NCBI RefSeq assembly: GCF_022045235.1 | Contig: NW_027266264.1 | Location: 1,674,001 to 1,738,000, forward strand | Reading direction: 5' to 3' | Source of the DNA: Haliotis cracherodii | Lineage: Eukaryota | Length of the DNA stretch: 64,000 nt | In this document: positions 13,906 through 26,900 of the stretch, in pieces | How positions within the stretch are numbered: the first letter of the stretch is position 1 | Layout: each line of letters starts with the position of its first letter | The notes under the pieces: model-generated | What the model was told of the DNA's origin: nothing | Database searches by the model: none | Seen by the model: only the letters and a program-made list of their open reading frames with translations | Position numbers and translations under genes: made by a program

Positions 13906-14940
13906 GTACATCACGGCGTGGAGGAAAGCCTACGGTGATGCATGTGGTGAACAATACCACTTTTGTACCAGTATGTAACGTCAAGTTTGTCGAGGTTGAC
14001 CGTCGAGAAGAGACTAATATCTGTATCGTTGATGTGAGTGTTTATCCCCCTGAAGATCAATGGTGAAATCCCTGTTTGGTTCATGTGAGTGTTTAGGGGC
14101 GGGCCATTTGATATTGAGCGGGGAGCCCGGGAGTTTTGGGTAGAGTCATGTTTTTCTTTTCTTCAGTTATAGGGGCTGAAATATTTTTTTCTGAAAAGAG
14201 ATCTGAGATTTTCTTTTACAGCACATTTCAAATTCAAGAAAGAATGGAAAGAATGCTAACATTTCCTCATTGTTCACTACAAAATAATAACTGTACAGAT
14301 GTGGGTGATTTTGAAACAGAACAATTAAAATAGCAGTATAATAAAGCATTTTCTATGATACTAAATAAAAACCCATTTTTTACAATGCCATGGGTAGCAA
14401 GAAATAAAGAAACATTACCAAACTGAAAGTTTGGAACTTGGGTCCAAACCCAAATAGTGTTACAAAATGACAACCCCAACAGTTTGCTGTGTAATGCACG
14501 TGAAACATTACCAAGATCAGTGGAACTTGAGTTTGAAGTGAAACCTTTGGTGCACTTGCAGCATGCCAGCCTGCAAAGATATGGATATAAAAGGAACTAT
14601 GTACTGCTCATTCACACCCAAACCGTTGGACAGTGACATTAATGGTACTGAATGAACAAGCCATTGGTATGATAGATTAAGAAGCAACGCATGACCATGT
14701 TGCAAGGAGCTTGGCTGTAGCCGAATGACAGTCACCTGGCTGATGGTCCGTTATAGGCACACCAGCTGGACGGGAGACAAGCGATACTTCATTGTCGCCT
14801 TGGCCGACTCCACAACTAGCCATGCACCATAACAATATCCACGAACGTCGTGGAGTTCTTTTTCCCAAAAACATTTTTAAAAATATTGAAAGTCCCAGAA
14901 CACAGTCAAATGCATTTCTCCAATCACAAAGATCAGTTAC

Positions 14941-15360
14941 ATACTAATATATGTTGATGACATAATATTTTCTGAAACGTTTTTGGAACATTTGAGTCAC
15001 CTCAAGGCAGTATTCCAAAAGATGAAAGAAGCAGGGATCACTCTAAAATTGTAACAAAACAAGTCACCTACTTAGGGCATAGCTTCAGTAAAGATGTCAT
15101 CCATGTCGATATACTTCAAAAATAGATTCAGTAACGCAGATCCAACCCTCTAAAAACGTCCATGTCTTGTGTCATTTCTTGGATTTGGTTTGGTATTATA
15201 TATTTGTAGAAAACTTTTCTGACATCGCGTCTTTCGAATGGTCCAACAATTGCCAACAGGGATTTGAAAAGCTAAAGTAAGCCCTTACAACAACCCCCAT
15301 CCTTGCATATCCTGACAAAAAAAACCTTTCATCCTCACAACTGATGCATCTCAAACAAAA
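14941..15360 (+). mobile_element. Degenerate Ty3/Gypsy-type pol fragment (RT to RNase H)
   Basis: ILIYVDDIIFSETFLEHLSHLKAVFQKMKEAGITLKL, VTYLGH, FEWSNNCQQGFEKLK*ALTTTPILAYPD, FILTTDAS, with frameshifts. Confidence 0.8.
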
Positions 15361-16398
15361 CGTAACGTGGAATGATGTTGTGAATTCATGTCTATTGGCC
15401 ATACAAGTATCTTCCTGTTCTGTTGTTGGGAACAAACAATGTTGATTGGTAACGTTTCTTTTGCTTATCAGTTTTCAAGTAATGGTATATGATGCTTAAT
15501 GGTCCTTTCCCATCACAGTCAACAACTGTTTGGAATGATTATTAATAAATAAGGGTTACAGGCACACTGGCGCTCTGTCAAAGATTTTCTCACGAAATAT
15601 TTTGTATTGATAAGGAAGGCCATATTGTGGTCGAGACTCTTTTATTTAGAGTTTTTTATTTTCACAAAATTATAAGCTGTGTTTTTTTACCCTCTCCCCT
15701 AGAAATCATGTGGTTCAACCAGCCTGAAGACCAGTCACAAATCCCTCTATTTTTATATAAGCGTTGATTCACATGGAGGCCAGTGATAAATAGATCGATG
15801 AATGTTTAGTGTGGAACCAGTAACACTATCTGTTGGCAGTACTTGACTGCCCCCAACATGTACATGACTGTCAGTGTTAATTTGGAAACCGCATGCCCTG
15901 TAATCTGCAAGGGGGCATTGCATTACCTGTTATCTTATATATTGCTGATCGAGGGGCAGCTGATCCATGGCATGGCACTGGTGTCGCCCAATGATATATG
16001 ACGTGTACCCTAACTTATTTGGAGTAGGGGGATCACTACCAGGAAGACATGATATACACGTTTACTGGAAACCGTACATGCAAAGACATGACGTCCCTTG
16101 AGACGCACATTTTGATCCGATAGTGTCATGCAAAGTAAGATTGAAGAGGTAAAAAATACACTAAGATATTAATCTTTTCTTCCCCATCTAACACAAAACA
16201 TAGCAACTAATCCATTTTGCACTCATGTCCTACATTGCACACAGACACCATACGTTGTACACAAGCTCACTACATTATGCACTGACACCCTATAGTGAAC
16301 ATATACACCCTAATGTTAACACATACTAGTAACACTAGTAACACAAGAATTTTACCTTATTAATTGAACACAAGATTAACAAGACAGTGTTCCCGTGT

Positions 16399-17196
16399 AC
16401 AGATACGTACAGTTTATAGCGGTGCCACTACACTGGGGTGGTGACAGTCAGTATAGGGGAAGCCGACTCACAGATACGTACAGTGTACAGGGCTGACGCT
16501 ACACTGGGGTGGTGACAGTCAGTATAGAGGAAGTCGGCTCACAGATACGTACAGTGTACAGGGCTGAAGCTACACTGGGGTGGTGACAGTCAGTATAGAG
16601 GAAGTCGGCTCACAGATACGTACAGTTTACAGGGCTGACGCTACACTGGGATGGTGACAGTCAGTATAGAGGAAGTCGGCACAGATACGTACAGTGTACA
16701 GGGCTGACGCTACACTGGGATGGTGACAGTCAGTATAGAGGAAGTCGGCTCACAGATACGTACAGTTTACAGGGCTGACGCTACACTGGGGCGGTGACAG
16801 TCAGTATAGAGGACGTCGGCACAGATACATACAGTGTACAGGGCTGACGCTACACTGGGGTGGTGACAATCAGTATAGAGGACGTCGGCACAGGTACATG
16901 CAGTTTACAGGACTGACGCTACACTGGGGTGGTGACAGTCAGTATAGAGGAAGCCGGCTCACAGATACGTACAGTTTACAGGGCTGACGCTACACTGGGA
17001 TGGTGACAGTCAGTATAGAGGACGTCGGCACAGATACGTACAGTGTACAGGGCTGACGCTACACTGGGGTGGTGACAGTCAGTATAGAGGAAGCCAGCTC
17101 ACAGATACGTACAGTTTACAGGGCTGAAGCTACACTGGGGTGGTGACAGTCAGTATAGAGGAAGTCGGCTCACAGATACGTACACTGTACAGGGCT
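16399..17196. repeat. 69-71 bp tandem repeat, at least 11 copies, running into the assembly gap
   Basis: Unit acagatacgtacagtgtacagggctgacgctacactggggtggtgacagtcagtatagaggaagtcggctc. Confidence 0.93.
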
Positions 17197-17338
17197 NNNN
17201 NNNNNNNNNNNNNNNNNNNNNNNNNNNNNNNNNNNNNNNNNNNNNNNNNNNNNNNNNNNNNNNNNNNNNNNNNNNNNNNNNNNNNNNNNNNNNNNNNNNN
17301 NNNNNNNNNNNNNNNNNNNNNNNNNNNNNNNNNNNNNN
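17197..17338. other. Assembly gap
   Basis: Run of N. Confidence 1.
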
Positions 17339-17910
17339 TCGGGTGCTTGTGTTGCTGAGAGAGACTCGTTGGGTGGTAGGGTCTTGAGACCACACGACCT
17401 CATTTGGCACATGGCCGCAACCACGAGTTTCAGCATGATAACGCCCGTGCCCACACTGCGAGAGCAACAAGAGACTTCCTGCAGCAGAATGGCGTCAGAA
17501 CCATGCAGTGGCTTGCCCTCAGTCCCGATTTAAATCCCATTGAGCACCTATGGGATGAGATTCAAAGACGGCTGAATGACGTCCGACCAAGGCCGAAAAC
17601 TGCAGCTGGACTGCATCAGGCGTTCCTCAGAGTATGGGCTCAACCGCCTCATTCATTCCATGCATCGACGTTGCACGGCAATCATCAATGTACATGGCGG
17701 ACACACGAGATACTGACTTGTGATGCCATTTTCTCAGAGACTAGTGTCGTCGTTCGCTTTGAGAACATTTGACAGTTTCATTTCAACCTTGATGATCAGT
17801 TTTGCCAAGTTTCATCTTTTTAATATGTCTTAAAGTATGTTTGCAGTGTTTGGACAAATAAGGTTTCCCATATATCTATCCATGGTGACGTTTCTTTTGC
17901 GGTTCAGTAT
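17339..17910 (+). mobile_element. Tc1-like (DD34E) transposon, 3' part
   Basis: FQHDNARAHTA...SPDLNPIEHLWDEIQRRL; TIR-like end cgtttcttttgcggttcagtata. Confidence 0.85.
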
Positions 17911-18069
17911 ATGATCCATTGATACATAAGGTGAGGATATGATTCCTTAGACATGGAACACGGTATTCTGACGTTTGAAATACTGGAAAAGCAAGCTATC
18001 AATACCCTTCAATGATGAACTCCCAATAATTGACATCCTAGATTTAAAGGCACTGACTTTCTTATACAG

Positions 18070-18354
18070 GGAACTACATTTTGTGAGAGTAATGCCAAAG
18101 ACCGGGATTACCTCTACAACGGCCTGGCCCCGAACCTGCATAACAAGATGTGTGGAGGGAGGGGCACCTGGGATGTGATTATGGAACATTCAGACTTCGC
18201 GGGAGGGGGCAACCCGCCTGTCAACATGACTGTGGATCAAACGAGACCAAACATCAGAATATTGTACAACAGAGGACTCAAGACACCATCAGGCGATGAC
18301 ATCTGTGGCAGACCAGTAGTTCTGGTTCTGGATCTGTCTGGTTCCATGCTTGAA
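18070..18354 (+). pseudogene. Isolated CLCA-paralog exon (homologous to exon 6104-6388)
   Basis: GTTFCESNAKDRDYLYNGLAPNLHNKMCGGRGTWDVI...RPVVLVLDLSGSMLE. Open frame, AG/GT intact, same 285 bp length as CLCA exon 4. No other exons seen nearby. Confidence 0.8.
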
Positions 18355-18627
18355 GTGAGGGTCCTTCCTGGAATGATATCCCGTTGTTTGGGGTATCATT
18401 GTTCGTTTAGTATAGGGGAATAAACGATTCGTGGTCGTTGTTTATCATATAAAAAACACAGCGGGGAGAATAAACCATGAGGGGCGCAGTCGTTTATTGC
18501 TTAACCATGAGCTATCAAGATAATGTACATCCTCTTCAAGTATATTGATAAACTGTAAAGCTTTAAAATAATTACCTGGTTTTTAATAATGATGACACCC
18601 TGTATATAATTTGACCTCTCAACCGAC

Positions 18628-18820
18628 GTTACACCCCCCAAGATCGTTGCCGGTGTTAACTGCAAGCCACAGACCGTGACATCGGGGGGTCTAAAACAGT
18701 CACGATGATTGCAGCTGTCAGTGCAGTTGGCGGTAATGTTCCTCATTCTTTTGTATTTCCTGGTCAACGGATGAGAGAAGAACTGTTGTCTGAAGCAACA
18801 CCTGGAGCCTCTGGCCACTG
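18628..18820 (+). pseudogene. pogo/Tigger-type DDE transposase fragment
   Basis: PPKIVAGVNCKPQTVTSG..KTVTMIAAVSAVGGNVP..VFPGQRMREELLSEATPGA, with frameshifts. Confidence 0.65.
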
Positions 18821-19975
18821 CAGCAATGGCGGCAAGCGACGACTAGAGTTGACGAGTGCAGTCAGTAAAATGTGAGTGAATATCCTTTAACAGATGTTTG
18901 TTGACATTTACAGAAAATGAAATGATTTTATTAGGACGTGTATAGATTTACCGCGCACTTTTCGTACATCGCCGAAAACAGGTGAAACCGGGATATCGGA
19001 AGACGTTAAAAATTTGTTCTTGTTGTTACCCTGTCTGGCGCTGGGTATTATGAGGCTAAAACAAGGACTGGTCGGCTCAAAGTCAGTATGCTGTGTCTGA
19101 ATGGGGTATTTGTGTGAACCTGTTGCATGGTATCTCAGTAGGCTAGCACTATAAAATCGGCATTAGTCCGGACTAGTACAAGCATTTTTTCAATTTTAAC
19201 CCTTAGACAATCATCTATCCACAATTAAGCAATGATCGTTTATATACTGCACTTTCTGTGTATGACTGGGATTACCTGATGAATAATACTCCTTTTTCTT
19301 TCAAAAATTGGAATGTGACAAGACCATTTTTATATCACAAATTGTGTTCACTATTCGGTGAGAAAACGATATGCGAAACATGGTATTCCTCTACTTTCGT
19401 TTACTGTTCTCGCTTCGGTACTTTCTTACTCTTGTTGTGAGACTGAAACTATTCGTGGATCTGTGTATAAGATGACCTAATGGATTGTATTTTCTTCGTT
19501 TCTTTTTGCGGTATCGTGAGCTCAAACTGCTCCCAAGTTGCTAATATGTCCAACTCTGACAGTGACAATACTTTTGAGTTGTCAAGGAATGTGAATGTTT
19601 TTCGGGACATGAATTGGAGATTTCTGAGGAAGAAGTGTTGTAGTCTTGAAATGGCACTACCAAGATGAAGCAACATGTCATCAACTCTGTGACTCCGTGC
19701 CACTTACTCACATGATGTAACATTACACTATACACATGGATGAGCGATTAGTGGTACTTGGTCTGAGGGTATCCTCACAAGATAAGTACACGCCAACATC
19801 ACTGCAGTCTGAACAACAAAGTTGATGGTCCAGTGGGCAGCTACACCACTGCCTGATCCCTTCGTCATCATGGGACGTGTTTTGTAATATACAAATACAA
19901 AACAACGGAAGGTAGAAAATAGAATGATTTTTATTTCAACATGTATACATGAATAACATTTGTTATATGAATTCG

Positions 19976-20161
19976 TTTGTATTACCAAATAACAAAGCAC
20001 ACATGGACATGTAATATCGTTATTTAATCTCTTCAGCGATATACCGATATATAAATAATAGATATACCGGATTATGGATTATTTATATATCGGTTTATCT
20101 CTGAAGAGATTAAATAACGATATTACATGTCCATGTGTGCTTTGTTATTTGGTAATACAAA
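19976..20161. repeat. Long near-perfect inverted repeat (about 80 bp arms, short spacer)
   Basis: tttgtattaccaaataacaaagcacacatggacatgtaatatcgttatttaatctcttcag is mirrored by ctgaagagattaaataacgatattacatgtccatgtgtgctttgttatttggtaatacaaa. Confidence 0.85.
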
Positions 20162-20361
20162 TAATATATATACCGTAATATGCACCGTGTGCGACATACG
20201 CTTGCTGTCGGAAAGCGTACGTTAAATCTCCAATATAAGTAAGTAAGTAAGGAATATGGTCTCAAATTGTTTCAAATGATCTCAAATTTTCCAAAAAACT
20301 GCACTACAACTACAGCTGCAGATTGAATGTGTCCGGACAGACTCAGGTGCACGTGCACTAT

Positions 20362-20526
20362 CAGTGAGTGAGTGAGTGAGTGAGTGAGTGAGTGAGTGAG
20401 TGAATGAGTGAGTTTTTCGCCTCGTTCAGGATGTTTGCGTAACATGGCGGCGGGGTACTCCAAGAGCATCCATCACCCAGTGTCACTATGTGGGGAATCA
20501 AGCCTTGGACTTCAGCGTGACGCGCC
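20362..20526 (-). mobile_element. SINE family A, degenerate copy
   Basis: (gtga)n tail and head remnant ggaatcaagccttggacttcagcgtgacg. Confidence 0.75.
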
Positions 20527-20953
20527 ATTGCTATATACATCAGCTTACCTCCGCTGACTATTGATGACGTAATACGGAACAACAAAGAGGATAAACAATC
20601 AATGTTTTGACATTTGTATTTTGCATATCTTCCTTGTGGTCATAAACAATAAAACTATGCAATAAACGCAATAAACCATTTAATACATTCACGTCATTCA
20701 GGCGGTGAACTGAACTAAGTGTGTGTCATTGTGCAGCTTGGAAGCTTAACGCTGAACTGACCTTTAGTATGTCAGAAGCTCCTATGTTTACATTTCCAAA
20801 GCAACAATTAAGGACTACATCTTTATGTCACCTGTACTTGTACAAACGTAAGAATTACCCACAGTTTACTGGTATTGTCACATATATGACATACTTCATA
20901 CTCATACACATTGTGCGGCATGAACCAACAAACAAAAAAACTTTTACTATTCG

Positions 20954-23900
20954 TTAATCTTTCTCCTCTGTGTCCAAGCGATCAAATCCTCTGTAGGTGT
21001 TGCCAAGGAAACTGGGAAGATGCAGTCGTGTCTTGGTACAGAACTTCGAAATTTTTCCTGTGAAAAAGAAAGTTAAAATAATGAAATATTCCAGTCACGT
21101 GTTGGCATTACGTATTCTCTTGTCAATATCATATTACGATTATCCCAAGGTTATTCGTTACGGAAACAAAGCTACCACTGGGTATCAGCATGTTTGAGTT
21201 TTTATCCGCCTCAGATTAAATGAAATAACCCCCACACAATAAAGGCTTATGTATCAGAACAAAGTTACCGATTAGTCTAGTATGAAGTACATGTTTTCAT
21301 ATTCGTCACCTGACTGATATATAGCGAGAACGACAGCGAATCCAAGAACCAGCATCATCCCAGACATGATAAAGACATCCGTCAAGATAGTGTCCATTCC
21401 GTCCTTAGTTGTCTCCCTTGATCTGTTCTCAGCCACAGGCGAGAGTTCAGCGTCGACTGCAGAACGGTTTCCTGCGGTACTTTCTGAAGGTAGAGGCATC
21501 AGGTAGCGTACGTGTAACTAGCTCACGGTTACAGAATAGTGCCACTGACTAGTTCATCATAGTATTGTAGCATCCTCCCACATGCTGACATGAAATACGA
21601 GTGAATTATATTACATTTAGAACAAATAAATCGTATCCAAATCTCTTTCTGTGTCAATTCAAAACTCTCGCTACGTAAACAATCCATAACCCATATTGGA
21701 AGTCTCATCGCGCGGCCTTGCCTTGCTCCATCCAGCAGTGTTGTGAAGAGGTAGTGTTTGTTTTTTGTTGATGTTTAACGCCGCACTCAGCAATATCCCA
21801 GCTATATAATCGAGTCTGAACCAGACAATCCAGTGATTGACAACATGAGCATGCATCGATTTACGCAATTGGGATCGATGACGTGCATCAACCAAGTCAA
21901 CGAGCCTGACCACCCGATCCCGATCTTTCGACAAGCGTAGTCGCCCTTTACGATGCTCATGATGTCAATCACTGGATTGTCTGTCCAGACTCGATTATTT
22001 ACAGACCGCCGTCAGAGTGCAACGTAAAAGAACAAACAATCAATATTTACTCCCGTACTATTGTACTCCTATGACCTGACGTACATGTATCAGGTCACAG
22101 GTCAATGCTTCCCGTACCAGGTTATTCAGGTCTAAGGGTTTAGTGATGCGTGACATGTATGATCTTAAAGTGACGACGTTCAGGTCTGACAGCCACATAA
22201 TTTCCACTCAGTGCAGCGATCAACGTGTTCGTATTACGGACAACTCATTTACTGTTATACCATATCCCAATTTGAACTTTTACTACTCTAATTACTGTTT
22301 ATCGATTGATGATTGAAGACTTGACCGGAAGACAACGAAAGTATAATCGTTGTTTTTTAAGTTTTGCGGATTTACACCGAGAGTTGATTTTACCATTGTC
22401 GGGGGGATGCACGTGGAAGTGATGGTGGTCGTGACCTTGTGCTTCCTCCTCCAGGAGGGGGTTCCGGGGCAAGGGGACGGCCGAGTCAGGGGGTAGTTTT
22501 CTCACAAGGTCGGGATACTTGTTTCCCCCGCGAAAAGAGAAAAGACTTCCAGTGCTGGCTTCCGCTTTAAACATGAAGATGAAGTTGCACATCTCGTTAC
22601 TGTCTGCGAATCTGCAACAAAACAAACAGCGTGCCATATATCAACCCCCTCGTTGCGTGGCACTTGTCGACATGTGCAATAGGTGGTTCATTCCTATACC
22701 CATTATCTATGACCAGCGGAGGTGAGGAGTGGCAAAGAATTCTTGTTGCGATATATTCTTCAGAGTCTGTTTCTCCCGAACCTTCACATTCACAACCTTT
22801 GCCAAAGTCTGATCGGTTGCCATTTTGAAGAGTCATAATCGGACCTGAAGGAGCATGAAGTCGCGTGGCATTTTAAGGAAATGACGTCACTCAGTGGTCA
22901 TTATAAGACGCCGAGACAACATAATCTGGTCAGTGATAAAGCAGTTTGAGCTCACCATGAAAACACACAGACCCTTTAAGATTTCGTTGGAATATTGCTA
23001 AAAGCACATGTCGGCACATGTTACGATTTTACTGACTTCATGACCCCAGAACGAGTAGATCATTGGCAATGGTCATTCACCGCTATCTTCTTGTTCGACG
23101 TCTTGATATATATTCACCGCCAAAAGAAACGCGAATACCATACATGTTGGTTAATACATTCTTCAAAAAAAGAAACTCACAGGTAGCATGTAGTTCATTG
23201 AACCTGGCTACACAAACAATCCGGTATACAAAATGGATATATGTTATTGGAAAATGTTGGTGGCTTGATATTCGTCAGCCACGCAGCCAAAACGCAGCCA
23301 CTGTCGATTTGCAATGTCTTAAACGGCATTGTTTTCACACTTGTTAAAAAATGTCATGGTGGAAAATGGTAAAGCAAAATGCACGTGCAAATTATGGCAT
23401 TCGTAACACGTGGTATTGGTTATTAAAAGGCAAGCATCAGCCAACAATGTGTCGTTCAATTGTCAGCATTTTTCAAGTTCGAAACTGCCGAGACTCAGCG
23501 CTGCGGATCGGAATATCGCTATAGGACGTATCCAAAGAGGGAACAGTCTTCTGTTGCACGCCACTTCAACGTCCATCACAGCACCATTTGCCGCCTTTGG
23601 GACCGATTCACAAAGTTCAATTCCACTGCAGACCGTCCGAGAACCGACCGACCAAGAGCTACCACCCCTGCACAGGATCGCAACATTCGACTGTTGCAAC
23701 TACGTCATCGCAATGCCACAGCTACGGAGACTGCAGGACGCATCCCTGGGTAACTGTAGTGACGCTTGCGTCACGAGATCTGACTTGGTTGTGGTTCGGG
23801 AAAATTTGACAGTGAATCGCGACATGATTCAAATTCTTCAACCTCACCATTTTCCAATCATTGACCACCAGAGGGAGTTGTTTCAACAGGACAACGCTAC

Positions 23901-26900
23901 ACCGCACACAGCTCGTGTCACAGTACCTGCATGATGCCAACATCAACGTCTTGCCCTGGCCGTCGAGATCTCCAGATCTCAACCCAATCGAACTCCTCCT
24001 GGATAAACTCTATCGACGTTTACTCAGAACACACCGCAGAGATGCACCATTTTTCTCGAGCAATATTAATGTGTAAAGTTTGGAAATCATGTGCAGCACA
24101 TCGTGATAAGAATAAAGGCACTCTGTGGTAACACTTGACTGGTTGTTAGTTTTGTCATTAAGTGGCACACATTGGAAACATCTCTTATTGTACATACTTC
24201 TCTATATGTCTATGTTCGCGTTTCTTTTGGCGGTGAGTTTCACAGAACTTACCCTGCAAATGTGGTCCGGTTTCTATCCGTTGAGTCGTAGAGACATCTT
24301 GCCACCTGCCGACAGATAATGAATGTGTCATGGGGGTATCACCACTGTCCTACAAGGGTATAGGTCACGAGTGATGGAAGCATCATCACGTGCTAACAAG
24401 AAGGAAATGGTGAAATAAAACATTTACCAACTTATCCCCAGGCTTTATGACGATGTTTCTTTGCACGGGGTAGAAAACCTAAAAATAGATGTAATAACAA
24501 TGATGAAAAACACAATATATTAATGATGAACAGGTTATGTTTCGCTCACTCAACACAGATGCACAAATCACTTTCAGTCAAACGCAGTGTTGAACGTATA
24601 ACATTCAGTTAAACGCGGTGTTGAACATATCACACATTCAGTCAAACGCAGTGTTGGACCTATTACATTCAGTCAAACACAGTGTTGAACGCATTACATT
24701 CCGTCAAACGCAGTGTTGAAATATTACATTCAATCAAACGCAGAGTTGACCAAATTACATTCAGTCAAACGCAGTGTTGAACACATTACATCCAGTCAAA
24801 CGCAGTGTTGAAATATTACATTCCATCAAACGCAGTGTTAAACCTATTACATTCAATCAAACGCAGTGTTAAACATATTACATTCAGTCAAACACATTTT
24901 ACACGTGACAGCCCCAACGCTGAAACCCATTTATCACATGCAGATTAAGTATAGGTGAGGTGTAGGTTCTCGTCGCATACGATCATAACATGTATTCATT
25001 CCTCCATACCTGAGGCCACATTGGATTTCCCTTGCCGATTTCATACCAGGATCCGTTGTACAAATAACCTGTTATTACTCTTCCTGTAACACAGAAACAC
25101 ACGCTACCATGATGACGTCACACATAGGAAAACACGGCATATTGTGTTTTTGGACCGTTCATGTAACACACAAATACACGTTTCCATGACATCATGACAG
25201 ATGGGAATACTTTTTCAGGGGTGAAATGAAACTTCGGTCAGAGGAAAACATTGCAGCGATCCCAACATTAAATGTCAGTGAAGTAACAACGGAGTGAAGC
25301 TTGGGCAGAATGCAGCTGACACAATACAACCTGGTTCGAATCCAAGGAGTCTCTGCTTAAAAAGTATCTACACAGTATGCATGCTACTTCCCCGAGGCCA
25401 AGTTTCGTTGTGATGATTGATGGATTCTGTTACTTGGAAAAGGTAGTGGGAAACGTGTTATGTATCAATATTTGAGGCACTGGAGGTATGGATGCAAAAC
25501 ATGTTATAACTGATAAACAGTAACCAGAACCACCGCTGAGGACCCTTGACCAGAACCCGCCGTCCAATGGCAGCTGAAAGCGTTTGTCAGTAGCTGAGGC
25601 TACTTGAAGTAGTTCAATCAGAATGGGGGATTCTGCAGTGTCATGGGAGGACCTGGATTCTTTCTGTAGCCGAAAATCAAATAAACCGAAAGAAATCCAC
25701 AATTATAGGTAGATAATGTAACACCCTACTTGGCTTTGTTTGTAGTTTAACGCCGCACTCAGCAATATCTCAGCTACATGACGGAAACTTGTAATAATCC
25801 AGTCTGGACCAGACAATCCAGTGATTAATAACAACACGCAATCCACCCAGCCACCTGTCTGATCCCCCGACCAAAACACCTCTGACGACATGCATAGGTT
25901 GTCAGGGGTCAATTCGTCCTCGAAATCACCACAGGGTGCNNNNNNNNNNNNNNNNNNNNNNNNNNNNNNNNNNNNNNNNNNNNNNNNNNNNNNNNNNNNN
26001 NNNNNNNNNNNNNNNNNNNNNNNNNNNNNNNNNNNNNNNNNNNNNNNNNNNNNNNNNNNNNNNNNNNNNNNNNNNNNNNNNNNNNNNNNNNNNNNACTGA
26101 TGCAGATTTATAGTTCTAGCCTACTGAGATACCATGAATACCATACTCAGACGCAGCATAAAGACTCCGGGCCGACCAGTCCCCTTTATGCCGAGCGCCA
26201 GACAGGGTAACAACAAATACCATATTTTAACGCCTTTTGGTATGACGCGGGCGGGCATCGAACCCCGGACCTTCCGCTCTTTTGGCTGACGCTCGACTAC
26301 TAGACCACGGAGGCAGTTCTGATGTGATGGAAGATGACGCTATGACATAGAGACTTCTACACGACTCTGCAAATCAGCTGTAATACTGACCCAGGTTGTG
26401 GGCATGGGGTCTGAAGGCAAATGGGTAGATGGGCGTGTCCCCCGTGTAGGAACAGCTGATGTCCACGAGGACCTCTGGAAATAAACACACATTTTGTAGC
26501 GGCGCAGGGTATATTATAGAAATGAAGTTATGAAGTAACGAGGAGAGAGAATCGGTATGAAAAGAACGGACATCACAGTTAAATAAAACACCTGATCTGA
26601 CTAAATGATGTTTCTGGTAGTTTCCTTAATGTGTATATCAAAGTTGCCTTTGCCCAGCAGACAGCGTATGTGGCGGGTCAGAAGTTCTCACAACGTACTT
26701 GGTGTTTGCGGTGGTATTCGAAATCCATTGAAGTACATCACTACCATTCCGGCTGTATATAATTCCCTGAAGATCAATTATTTACATAGAAAATTAACCA
26801 CATTTAAACAATACATCTATGCTGAGTAAAGTCACATTCAGCACATTATCAATACCTAGACTCAAACAGCGGAAACCAAATTGCAGGATTTAAAGGTAGA

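Noticed and set aside
21484-21590. Frameshifted TM exon making the PHM-only gene a pseudogene
   Set aside because: A good acceptor (cctctaccttcag) at 21484-21485 gives an in-frame exon, so no frameshift is needed.
22597-22845. Extra exon in the PHM-only gene
   Set aside because: The open frame is out of phase with the upstream exon and has no PHM similarity.
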